Below are positions 12,442 through 23,513 of a DNA stretch of 64,000 nucleotides, in pieces. Under the pieces are notes generated by a model. It was not told the origin of the DNA and did not search any database. It saw only the letters and a program-made list of their open reading frames with translations. This stretch comes from Trichodelitschia bisporula (Eukaryota): the NCBI GenBank assembly GCA_010356995.1, contig ML996700.1, positions 248,001-312,000 on the forward strand. The letters are read 5' to 3'. A program made the translations under genes and the position numbers. Numbering within the stretch: position 1 is the stretch's first letter; the number at the start of each line of letters is the position of its first letter.

Positions 12442-15282
12442 ATGCGTATCCTTTCACCTCCGCTCTTTTCTCCCACGCTACGGTGCAGTTTCTTAGGTGT
12501 TTGGCCCTCAGCTCCGCCAATTCGCCGTTTTGCGCCCCGAGCCGTTTCCACCCCACACCCTCTGCGGCTATTCTGCTCGAGCTATGGTAGCTTTTCACCA
12601 AAATCGACCACATGTCCCGGCGACAAGCAGCTTCCACGGCTGGAGCTGCCTCCAGCTCCGTCCTCAATAGACCCCTCTCGTCCAGAGGCTTGGGCCGAGC
12701 TCCTAGAATCAACCCTTTTACCAGGCGCCGACGCGGATAACGGCCCGCATTCTCCCTGGAATGTCGCTAATATCCTGGTAAATGCCCGGAAGAACTGTGG
12801 CATTGATCTTTTGGTCCGCCTGGGAATTGAGGAAGCTAAATGGGATGTTGTAACAAGCGCTATCAGGGCGGTCGTTCAGAGGCGAGAAACGGACCTCACG
12901 CTCTCCGAAGCCATCCAGAACGGAGGATACAGGCTGAAGCACGGCCTGTCTCTCCTTGACATTGCCGCAAAGCGCATAGATCTCGAGACGAGAACCGGTG
13001 CGACGGCATATCATCTCCCGTCATTAATCGCATACGATGAGAATCCAAAATGGTTCTCACACAATTTGCAGGAAGCCGCTCTCGGTCACATATGGCGTAG
13101 CTTGGGTTCGATGATTCTTACCGCAACTGCGTCCGAAAAGACAAAATCAAAGGAAATAATGACACATGTTTTGAAGATACTCGCCTTCCTGCATCATGAT
13201 GGCATGATCCCGGAGTCCGTCTACAAATTCGATCCGGCCAAAGACCCCCTGGGCCTGCGACAGCCCCCCATTCTTCACACTCTGGCTTCAAGAATCATGG
13301 CTGTGCTGGCAGATGCAAGCTTCAATGACCACGGCCCTGCCCCTAAGCACACCAAGTTCTCGCTCCTAGGGGCGCCAGTTTCTCAATACAGAGCTCCAGA
13401 GCTGCGGACTGAAGTTTGGCTTGAGCTTGTTCTTTGGTCGTGTCTCCATGGCGGATGGATTGAGGATGGCTCCTGGATTTTGTCAAAGATGACAGAATAT
13501 ACCGGTGATGATGAATGGTCAGTTGTCTGCTGGCAGCACATTGTCAAATCTTCGGGCCTGGACCAATCTGCCGCTTCTACTATCAGCTCGGTAAAGCTGA
13601 ACTCACTCGCCCATGGAACCAGGCCTCTGCCTGGAGAAAAGTCGCCCGTCGAGCTCAGGATCAGCAGCGAACTAATCTCTGCATACGTCGACGGGCTCAT
13701 CAGCACGATTGGAACTGGATCTGATACTTACGGGACCGCAGTGACTATGGCTATTGGAGACATAAAAAAATGGAAGTCTCTCCTGGATAAGGAGAACCTT
13801 GGTTTGGGATACGCCACATGGGATGCCATTGTCCTCCGCATCGTGGAGTCTGAGGAGCTGGCTTTGCAGGAGGATCCCAGCCTCCTGCTGGATTTGCTCA
13901 CTCTGGCACAGCCTGTTGGATGGGAGCTTGAAGCCTTGAATTCTACGACCCCAAATGACACTTCTGTCCCTTCCTATGTGTACAAGCCATCGGCCGCCAT
14001 GCTGGGTCTCCATCACCGTGTTATTCAGGCCTACGTCAACTCAGGGGCGGTCGAAGGTGCACTCGGCGCCTTTTATGCCCTTCAGCTCTACACGGATCTC
14101 AATAAGAGGCGATCAATCGAAAGATTCTTTCGCACCTTGAAGGAAATCCCTGAAGGAAGTCAGCTAGAGGCCGTGAGCTTCACGAGCAGCGCGCCAGCCG
14201 TCGAGCACCCTGGGTACGATCCTCAGATGCCCCCCCATCTTCTTGGTAGTTTCTTAGACCTCCTCGTTGCGAACAAAAAATGGGATATTTGCCACTGGCT
14301 TGTTGACTCCAAGGATCCTGATGGGCCCATCATTCCCACATCACTGTACAGCGAACGAGCACTGGGTCCAGCGCTCATTCGGTTTGGATCTGCAACGCGA
14401 AGAAAAGAGCTTGTTGGCCACGTTCTGCAGCAACTGCAAATTGGGGAGGATATATCGACACTCCCTTCGCCCGTCCTTGAAGCTCTTCTGGAGAGCCAAA
14501 TTCGGGCCCACCGCTGGGGTTCTGTCGAAAATATCCTTAGCTCCATGGCCAGTGCGCAGCTGCGCTGGTGTACTCGGTCTGCGATTGTGCTTGTGCGAGA
14601 GATTTTGCGCCTTCAGAAGGGCGTCATTTCAAAGCAGGCCCCTGAGAACAAGAAACCGCTGGCAGATGCCATATCCATCTTTCGACGCCTTCTCTGCATG
14701 TCATATGGCCAACCGGCATCCGAACGCTCACCGGATCCTACGCTTGAGGACCCTTTCACCGTGCTGCATACTGTCATCGGCATATTGTCAAGCATCGACT
14801 CAGACTGGGCCGCCTTTTGCGCCGACCTTAGGTTCAGACGTGGAAACCGACCTCTCACTATCCCGACACCGTACTTTGACACTATTCTCGACGGCGTCAT
14901 CGATGCGTTCGGCCTAGATGCCGGGCGCCGCTTGTGGGATACGTGGTGTCTGGACCCTGCCGACGAGGCCGAGATCGCCAGGACCCGCGGGGAACGCATC
15001 AGCCGCGCGGAAGGCTATTTCAGCGGCATGAATCGCGTGATATTGGACGACCTGCCGGACGAGGGGCTCCAGTTCTACGGGCGCATCAAGCCATCTCTGA
15101 ACACGTTTCGAACCATCATGAGCGGCGACGATGATACGGCCGCGGCATCAAGGGACCTGCCCCGCGAGCAGCTAGTGCAGTGGGTGGCGTCCAAGTTCCG
15201 CACCGCTAACATTTCTGAGAGCGAGGTACGCAAGGAGCTCGAGCGACTGACAAGACGGCGCATCGCCGCCGAGCAGGACTAG
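12442..15282 (+). CDS. Hypothetical protein, probably mitochondrial and alpha-helical (possibly PPR-like)
   Basis: 946-aa intronless ORF; Arg/Ser/Pro-rich, acid-free N-terminus resembling a presequence; Leu-rich helical body. Function not recognised. Confidence 0.7.
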   Translation: MRILSPPLFSPTLRCSFLGVWPSAPPIRRFAPRAVSTPHPLRLFCSSYGSFSPKSTTCPGDKQLPRLELPPAPSSIDPSRPEAWAELLESTLLPGADADNGPHSPWNVANILVNARKNCGIDLLVRLGIEEAKWDVVTSAIRAVVQRRETDLTLSEAIQNGGYRLKHGLSLLDIAAKRIDLETRTGATAYHLPSLIAYDENPKWFSHNLQEAALGHIWRSLGSMILTATASEKTKSKEIMTHVLKILAFLHHDGMIPESVYKFDPAKDPLGLRQPPILHTLASRIMAVLADASFNDHGPAPKHTKFSLLGAPVSQYRAPELRTEVWLELVLWSCLHGGWIEDGSWILSKMTEYTGDDEWSVVCWQHIVKSSGLDQSAASTISSVKLNSLAHGTRPLPGEKSPVELRISSELISAYVDGLISTIGTGSDTYGTAVTMAIGDIKKWKSLLDKENLGLGYATWDAIVLRIVESEELALQEDPSLLLDLLTLAQPVGWELEALNSTTPNDTSVPSYVYKPSAAMLGLHHRVIQAYVNSGAVEGALGAFYALQLYTDLNKRRSIERFFRTLKEIPEGSQLEAVSFTSSAPAVEHPGYDPQMPPHLLGSFLDLLVANKKWDICHWLVDSKDPDGPIIPTSLYSERALGPALIRFGSATRRKELVGHVLQQLQIGEDISTLPSPVLEALLESQIRAHRWGSVENILSSMASAQLRWCTRSAIVLVREILRLQKGVISKQAPENKKPLADAISIFRRLLCMSYGQPASERSPDPTLEDPFTVLHTVIGILSSIDSDWAAFCADLRFRRGNRPLTIPTPYFDTILDGVIDAFGLDAGRRLWDTWCLDPADEAEIARTRGERISRAEGYFSGMNRVILDDLPDEGLQFYGRIKPSLNTFRTIMSGDDDTAAASRDLPREQLVQWVASKFRTANISESEVRKELERLTRRRIAAEQD

Positions 15283-18200
15283 GTTGCTTACCTGGGGTTG
15301 CACGAACGGACGGAAGGCCGATGCGGAGGGCGGAAGCGCGCTATGATCTGGTTTGTGCGGCCAGCCAATGGGAGCACGACAGCGAGCTCTGCAGCGCGGC
15401 AACGATGGTCTTCGGTGCTGGTGAGATTGCGCATGGTGTTGACTCCAATGGGGGGTATGCGCCAGGGGGTGTTGCAGTGGAATCATGGCCTTTGCTTGCA
15501 GCGTGCAAGCTATTGAAGTGCGGGGCGACATTCTTTCGGAGAGCTGAAGAAGATGGGTTATCTGGCTCATGTTATTATCTTACGTCCCCAGAGTGCCCTT
15601 TTCCTGTTTAACTGGGCGGAGAATAGCAGTAGAGGTCGGTTCAGGCGTCACAAGGTGGGGAGTTTGGTTAGGAGGTTTGCATGGGGTGGTAGGCAAATGA
15701 CAAGTAGTGCCGCGTGGATGGACATACGGTGTATGCGTTGTCGACGCAGTCTCCGGGTAGTTCAGTTCATGATGCGGCACACTTGCCGCGACGAATTGAA
15801 TATCACTTTAGCTGCTGGTCTGGGCAGTACATTTCCCATTTTGTGATGAGTGGGGAGCATTATTTATCTTAGGAGGCAAACAATCGCATTACCTACATGA
15901 TTCGACATGCTTCGCTCCAGCCCGCACTTGCTAATACGATGGCTTTTGCGCTGTCAATATCAAGCAGCGAGTCCGCATCTCCTCCACATTGAAGCAGTCG
16001 AGTGCGAAAAATAGCCGAGAAGAACGTCTTACCCCAACCAAACGATATGCACGCAAGAACGTAAGAGACACACCATGGTCCAATGCCCAAGTTTCACGTC
16101 AGGGCACGCCGCATGGATATTGTACCCGCACGTGCCGCAAGCATCTCGTAGGGCGCTTCCCGGGCGACCTCCCAGTGGATGCGGAGGTTGCAAGAAAAAA
16201 GAGACGACGTCGACTTTTGCCCTGGGTTCCCGCTGCAAAGCTTGCGCCGCGCGACGCTAGGGCTAAGGAAGGAGGGAGGGGAGGGGAGAGAGAGGGGGAG
16301 GGGGGGGTTGGTTTGGATGGTGCGGCAGAAGAAAGCGGGTGAGGTACCGTACCGTACAGTACATGCAGCACTCGCGTGAGCTCTGAATAGTCGAAAGAGA
16401 AGAAACAGGACAACAGAAGGGTGTCGTAGCAGATGATGGCTTGGCGAGTTGATGGCGATGATTGTCCGAGAAGGGCCAATTCTGTTCAAAGAGAGTGACG
16501 GAGAGGGAGTGATGGAAAGAGGTGGAGGGAAGGCGGAGGAGGTACCCGTACGTAGCGGAACCCCTCTTTTTTTACGTCGTCGCGCTGCTGCGCCGTTTGG
16601 CATCATCATTGGCTGTGCGATGCTGGTTCACGCCTTCCCGCGGGTGGGCCTGGGATGCCAGGGGAGGTTACGGACGAATTAGGAGCTGCCGCACACCGCA
16701 ACTTTCAAGGCGAAACGGGCCATGAGAGGAAAATACTACGTACGCTGGTGGAGGTACCTTTGAAGAAGAGGAATACCCGTACGGTACGAGTAGATGGGGA
16801 GGTGCTCCACACCCAGCTTGTGCCTCAGTTCATTACTACGACGTAGAGACTACGTAGAGAAAAGCGAATAAGCTTAACATGATGACATAGAGCGCGAACG
16901 ATAGTCTGTTCCTGCGCAGCCGATAGCTTCGATACTTGTTGCTCCCGTGTCTTCCCGCCCCGCGCTGAGCAATCGCGGCCGTTGGTGCCGTACCTTACCT
17001 TTTGTTTCTGCAACTCGCAGTTATGTCGTATGACTGTTGGATTGGACCGGCAAAGGGAGGAGGGAGATGGGGTAATCCTAGCAAGGATGGCGGCTCAGGA
17101 ATCAAGAACTTCGTCAAATGAGGGGCATGCTGACACTATTCCTACCAACCAGGGCGAAAACTCGGGCAGGGAGGGGAGGGGATAGCTTGGTGGATCTTTC
17201 TTCTTTTCCGTTTTTGTAATGTTGAGGAGAGAACTGAAGGTGGAGCGAGCAGTGAGCTCGACAGAGAACAGGAGTACAGATGCACTATGCAGTTACATAT
17301 GAGCATATGCGTAATACCGTACTGTAGATGTTTGCAGCATCCGAGGATACATCAAGTCAAACCACTTCTCTCCACTGCACTGAAGAGGATGACCTGTGTT
17401 TGTGTGCGTGAGTGCTGCTTGCGCCGATGTGTCGCCTTGCCGAACCCACACACTGCGCATGTGCAACGAATGACTCCACTGCGACGGGGCAATTGAGCCT
17501 CTCACGCCTTCTCTCCCACCCCCAGGCAGCCGTGCTCCCCATTCCCGGCAGTTGGGCAGTCATAAAGCGGGGTCTGGTAGGAGAAGATCGGATTAAATGG
17601 CTCCGTCAAGCTGCAGAAGCTACGGTACTACGGAGGTACGTATGGTGGTCTAGTGAGAGGTGGTGGTTTGGGAGGCTGAGATCGACAGACTAGGTTAGCT
17701 GTCGTGTGGGATAGATACGGGTACTCCGTATGGGTGCGGGGTTCGAAGCGGGAGGGTGAGAGAGAGAAGAAGAGAGGAGAGAGCGAGAAGTGGAAAAGGC
17801 TCAAAGCTCAAGATTATGACATATTCGTGACCTCATGCTTCTCCTTTCAGAGAGATATCGTCACGAATTAATGCATTTGTCGAGAGAGAAAGATAGTCAA
17901 AGTAGCGTCATACATCCGTACTGTGCGATTATTATAATTCTCGCCAGCCAACAGTCGTCTCTCGCCTTCTGCCTTGATGCCTGGCCCACCCGTCTTCAAC
18001 TGGGCTGGACTAGTGTTGGCGCTAAGGACGAGACGGGGCTGGCCCGGGGCTTCCCAGAGTATGACACCCCTGCACCTTAAGCCTGCCCCTCCACCGGCGA
18101 GTCGCACCTACCCGAAAAATAATGTTCCTCGCTCAAATACTTCGCCTCCGCCTGGGTCCCCTTCGGTCTCTTCTTCTCTTCTTTCTCCCTGTTGCCCCAC

Positions 18201-18803
18201 TTCCATCCCATTCAACCCCCCCAACACGAATCTCATTCACCAAAGCATATCCATTACATACCCATTCACATCTATATCCTCGTCGAGAAACATGCCGCAG
18301 GCTATCGCTGAGCTGTAAAGCCCCACTGGGGAGTACGCCGTCCGGTGTGCTCCCCAGTCCGTCTAGCCCATCGAGAATTTCAAGACTCTACGAAGATATA
18401 ACCAGACCTTGTTCGATTTTCGAGCTTCCAATCCAAAGCTTGTCTGTCGTCTACAAGACTTGAAATATCCTCGCTCAGCTCCAGCCGCAATTGCATCGCA
18501 GCACTCTACTGCGCCTGTTTCCGCCGTTCGCATTGCTCCCCCCCCCGAACGCCGACGAGCTGACTCGGCCCGATATCTTCTTTGACGGTCGCGGTCCCAG
18601 AACACAAAACACCGAGCATCCCCTCGTCCGAGGGACGATTGAGCTGATTTATCCTTTCCCCGCCCCTCGACCCCTCCTCGCTCACCCCTGGCAACCCCAT
18701 CTGCAACCTCCCAACCCATACCCGACCTCTCTCACATCTCCCACACCCTCCGCACTTCACCATTGGCACCACACATTCATACTCAACGTACATTCACTTG
18801 CAG

Positions 18804-20946
18804 ATGGCCAGGCGAGGTCCCTCTACCTCTTCGGAGGCGGCATATCCTCCGGTTACCAATGACGATGTTGGTCACAGTTCGGACCTGGGTGGCCGGTATC
18901 GCAACACGCATCATACTACGCCTTCCCCTCCTTCATTGAAGCGGCGTCGTACGGCGACGCACAGTACGAGCGACGAAGGCGCCCTGGAAGATGACGACAG
19001 CAATGGTGATGACGAAGACAGCGGCGATGAAACGGACGACCTGGTTAACGACGACGAAGATCCAGAAGATTTTGCCCCGTCTGGCGGAGCCCACATGGGT
19101 GCCGCAGCGAACCCGATCCCTGAGAAGCGCAAAGCTTTAGGGCCTGCCTTCAAGGACGATGTCCACCGGCAGGCGGGGCCAAAGTTCATCAGCACTCACC
19201 TTTCTGTGCCCAAGAAACGCACCATGAGCGAGGTCAGCGTTCGCTCAGTTCTGAGCAACGCCGACTACGAGGGTCAATACCCTCGAAAGAAGATCGACCG
19301 CAGACTCAGCAATCGCCATAGTGGCCTAATGGCGTACAATCACTTGCCTTCCAATTCCTTCGACAACGACAACGAACAGGCTATGGTGAGCTCCGGTGAC
19401 GAAGTATACAACAACTTAGACAAGGCCGACGAGTCCGATGAGGATGAAAGCGATGTTGAACAGCTGGAGGAACAGTTCATCATTGAAGAGGTTCAGGACG
19501 AGATTGCCCGTTTGCCAGCTCTTGCGTTCATGGACGACGCCAATTTTGGCCTGTTTGACAATGACCTCGACCTTTTCAACCCTGCTCCCGAGGATGTCTT
19601 TGGTCGAGGCGATGACGGGTCCGAATCCGAGGTCGAGACCACCCCACGTCCGAAGCGGGTCGCCGTGAAATCAGCAGATGTTTTGACCCGCCGCGTGCGT
19701 TTCTTCGACGAAGGTCCTGAGATCCAGTGGGGCTCGGGATCAGAGTCCTCTGACACAGCGTCAAACGTGTTCCCAGATCTTTGTGACGAGCCGGGTTTCG
19801 CTCATCACCTTGACACTGACATTGATACCGACATCAAATTCCTCGAGTCAAGTGACGGGGAGGGGTCCTATTGGGATTTCGGTGGTGAAGAGGACGCATG
19901 GCTGAGAGTTCACACCGAATCCGAGTCCAACGGCTCAAATGATGAAGCCGCCAGCCTGAGCGGTTATGACAGTATGGTGGCCGTTGTGAAGCGTAGTGTT
20001 TGTTGCTAATGCCGTGACAGCTGATGGTGAAACCACCGATGAAGATCTCCCTCCTCGTATCACAGTCCACAAACCGGAGACTGTGCTTCACCGTCCGCCC
20101 CCGTCAGCTAGCAAAAGCACACCCACTACTCCACGGCCATTCCCCCGCAACAAAGGCAGCCGCAAGGGCCCCGTACTGGGCTCCTTTGTAGTTGATCACC
20201 GGAAGGCTGTGGCCTTCATTGACCCGATGACCAAGCAGTTGAAGATCAAGCGTCCTGTCCTGCCGCGAATCGTTCCTACCGCCTCTCAGCGCCCGAGTAC
20301 TGCCGACAGCACCGCTACAAACAGTCCCCATATCCTGCCGCAGATGCCATATGATGGCGACGGTAGCGCTTTCATGTCTCTAAAGGGTCGTCGATACGAT
20401 ATCATGATGAGCGGCCTTCTGGACGGCCCTCTCTTGGTTGGCCCTCCAGAGGCCTTCTTCCCTTTCACTTCGGTCCAACCTGATGGCAAGATAGAGACCG
20501 ACGACGACGCCCTCTTCTCCAGCGAAGACGAAATGGACGACATGGATGTGGACATCACCCACTGGCTCGACTGCGGCAGCGACGAAGATGATAACGAGGC
20601 CGAGGATACAGAGCATCACCATGATGATGATGACGACCTCACCTCGGGGACGGCAACAGATGTTCCAGATAGCACTCCCGTACGGCGCCCCAAGAGCAAT
20701 AGCATCACAAACATGATGGAGCATTTCGACCGTGGTATCGTCAACTCATTTCGGAACAACCAGGATCGCTACCGCGCTGTATCCAAGTTTCCACACGATA
20801 TCTCGAGTGTGGTTGCTCCGGTCCGTAGCGGCAAGACGGCTGAGGAGCTCATGACACCACCCCGGAAGAGGAAGAACAGCGGTGCCGGTGGCTCGACTCT
20901 GCGCCAGGGCTTGCGGCAGCGGGCCATCGCCGGCAGCCTTCATTAA
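18804..20946 (+). CDS. Acidic protein with an Ifh1/Crf1-like Fhl1-binding (FHB) motif
   Basis: Two ORFs joined by intron 19972-20020 (GTATGG..GCTAAT..CAG), giving SGYDTDGETTDEDLPP..GPVLGSFVVDHRKAVAFIDPMTKQL, which resembles the Ifh1/Crf1 STDED..LP..PxLGxW..D.K....ID...TK motif. The start is uncertain because the ATG follows a CAG. Confidence 0.62.
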
Positions 20947-21753
20947 CCCCCTTCTCCTTCAACGACATCCTCTTGACTTTCGAACCGAACTCCTCGCGCA
21001 TCATCGAGGTGTCAAGTTTTTCCCTTTCCTTCAGATTTTGTCTTATACGCTAATGACTAATGATGTAACGGCCAACCATCGATTGTAGGCGGACGGCTTT
21101 TCGTGTAAGAGACTTGCGGGCTTTTTCGTGGTTATGTCGCCGCCTTCGCCTCTGGCTACTGATGTCGGCTGGGCAGGCTGGGATCGGTGTTTCTGGGGTT
21201 AACGGGAGGAATGGTTAGCTCTCTCGGGAATCTAGGGTCGGTGGTCCGGTTCGCAACGACAGAGAACGAGCCAATAAAAGACTCTTAAGGGAAAACTGAA
21301 TACCCCCCTTTTTTTTTGCTGTTCATGTACATCATTGTCCTTACACGGGTTTCATGGTTCGAACATGGGAGTGAGGGGGTGTGCATTGCTGACGGCAGGC
21401 GCTTAAAAGCCGGTTTCGCGTCTTTTTTTGACTCAGCGTGTACCATGTGTTTACGTGCTATGTAAACGTTTTCTTTTGGACTGGACTCTCACTTTGATTC
21501 TTCTGTTAGTTCGATGAGTGTGTGTCAGCTATGGCCGGCATGTCTGTATTGCTAGTTTGGCGCGGTTGGTGCGCCTTTGCAGGTATAAAAAGTGTTACGC
21601 TGGTCAAAAATTGGGCTTGATCTTGTCTTGGGTCACTGCAACTGAAGGTGAATACATAAGTGACATGCTCCATGAATGGGACTGAAAGGTGTCAAGGTTT
21701 GGATATCGATTAAGAAGGCAGGGCCAACAAACAGTGCGTGCATCCAAAACAAT

Positions 21754-23286
21754 CTAGCCCTCCTCTCGGTCCATATCGTCTCTTCCACGCTTTCCACCCC
21801 CACCTCCACGTCCACCACCCCTTCCTCCCGCACTCCCTCTTGGGTTGTGTGTTCCTCTCCCAATGCCTCCCTTCTTACTGCCCTTCTCAACAGCATCACG
21901 CAGCTCCCGCTTCGCCACTGTCTGTGCTTCGTTGACTCGATCCAGCAGCACCATAACTTCGTCCTTCACAATCCCCGGCATCTCATCCAGCTTCCGGCTG
22001 AGGGCCTGCTCGATACGCAACCACAGTTCCGCATCGTACTGCGTGACAAAGCTGATAGCGCGACCACTCTTCCCTGCCCTCGCTGTGCGCCCCACGCGGT
22101 GGACGTACGTCTTGCTGTCGTCCGGCAGATCGAAATTGAGCACGGCGTCGACGGAGGGGATGTCTAGGCCGCGGGCAGCTACGTCGGTAGCAACGAGAAC
22201 GCAACGGGAGCGGGCGCGGAACTTGGAGAGAGCGCCTAGGCGCGCTGATTGCGAGAGTTGGCCGTGAATTGGGATGGCGCTGATGCCTAGGGCGCGGAGG
22301 AGATAGGATAGGCGCTGGACTTCGCTGACGGTACGCGCGAAGACGATGGCTGGCTGGCCAGCGAGCATGTCCGAAAGCAGATAGACGAGGTACAGGTCCT
22401 TGTCTTTGTGTGGGATAAGCAAGAAGTGCTGTAACAGGGTGGAGACGGTCTGGTGACTGGAGGAGGAGACTGAGACGCGCACGGGGTTCTGCAGCGAGGC
22501 GCGCTGGAGGCTTTCCACCTTAGTGGACATGGTAGCGGAGAAGAGGTATGTGTGGCGGCCATCGCGCGGGAGGGCCTTAAGGATCTTGTCCAGCACGGGA
22601 CCAAAGTCCATGTCGAGCAGGCGGTCGGCCTCGTCCATGACCAGGTACTTGAGCGAGCGAAGGCTGAAGCCCTTGGTTGACTCAAGGTGATCAAGTAGTC
22701 GACCGGGGGTTGCCACAACGATGTGCGGCTTCTTAGAGAGCGCAATGCTCTGCGCGACCATGTCCATACCACCGACGATCGTGGCGCAGCGCACGCCGAT
22801 GATGGAGCCTAGCGCTTCGAATTGCTGGCTGATCTGATATGCAAGTTCGCGTGTCGGAGCGAGCACGAGACCGAAGAGAGCCTGGGGTTTGTCCATGAGT
22901 GCTGGACGTGTCAGAGACAATAGTTTGAAGCAAGTGGAATAGTAGTTACCTTGCAGGATGGGCAGCGCAAATGCGGCTGTCTTGCCGGAGCCAGTCTCAG
23001 CGAGGCCGATGACATCGCGCCCAGTAAGGGCGATTGGGATGGACTGCTCTTGAATAGGCGTGGGCGCTTTATATCCAAGCTTCTCACAAGCTTCACAAAG
23101 ACTGTCTATCACGCCCAAGTCGGCGAAGGACTTCTGAGCTGCAACAGAATCGGCGCGAGGAACATCTGGTTCAGCGGCGGGTGAATCGGATTCGGGAGCA
23201 GGAGAGGCCGCCTTCTTAGCTAACTTCTTCTTCGTGACATCGATAAATTTCTCAGAGTCCAACTTTCTCTTCTTAAGCGGAGACAT
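21754..23286 (-). CDS. RRP3: DEAD-box rRNA helicase Rrp3
   Basis: Q motif [42 protein letters not shown]-terminal DDMDREEG; intron 22902-22949. Confidence 0.93.
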   Translation of the reverse strand: MSPLKKRKLDSEKFIDVTKKKLAKKAASPAPESDSPAAEPDVPRADSVAAQKSFADLGVIDSLCEACEKLGYKAPTPIQEQSIPIALTGRDVIGLAETGSGKTAAFALPILQGNYYSTCFKLLSLTRPALMDKPQALFGLVLAPTRELAYQISQQFEALGSIIGVRCATIVGGMDMVAQSIALSKKPHIVVATPGRLLDHLESTKGFSLRSLKYLVMDEADRLLDMDFGPVLDKILKALPRDGRHTYLFSATMSTKVESLQRASLQNPVRVSVSSSSHQTVSTLLQHFLLIPHKDKDLYLVYLLSDMLAGQPAIVFARTVSEVQRLSYLLRALGISAIPIHGQLSQSARLGALSKFRARSRCVLVATDVAARGLDIPSVDAVLNFDLPDDSKTYVHRVGRTARAGKSGRAISFVTQYDAELWLRIEQALSRKLDEMPGIVKDEVMVLLDRVNEAQTVAKRELRDAVEKGSKKGGIGRGTHNPRGSAGGRGGGRGGGGGKRGRDDMDREEG

Positions 23287-23513
23287 GGTGGTGTGGAGTG
23301 AAGAATATACCAGTTCAAGCACAAAGCGTGAATAAGAGTTGCGATACCCAAAAATTTGGAGTTGCCCCGAAATCTTGGCTTGCGGAGAACGGTCGCTACC
23401 TCCGATTGGTGGGTTTCAAAAAATCTCAAGACTTCACTTTTCCCCTCAAGGGTCTTCCATCCACAGCAACTTACTTCCCAAACCACGGATCGAACGTCGC
23501 GAAGTCATTCAGC
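23287..23513. promoter_or_regulatory. Short bidirectional promoter between RRP3 and SSF1
   Basis: 227 bp between divergent ATGs; RRPE-like AAAAATTT at 23350-23357, partial PAC-like GCGATA at 23341-23346, CCAAT on the minus strand near 23405. Confidence 0.6.
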
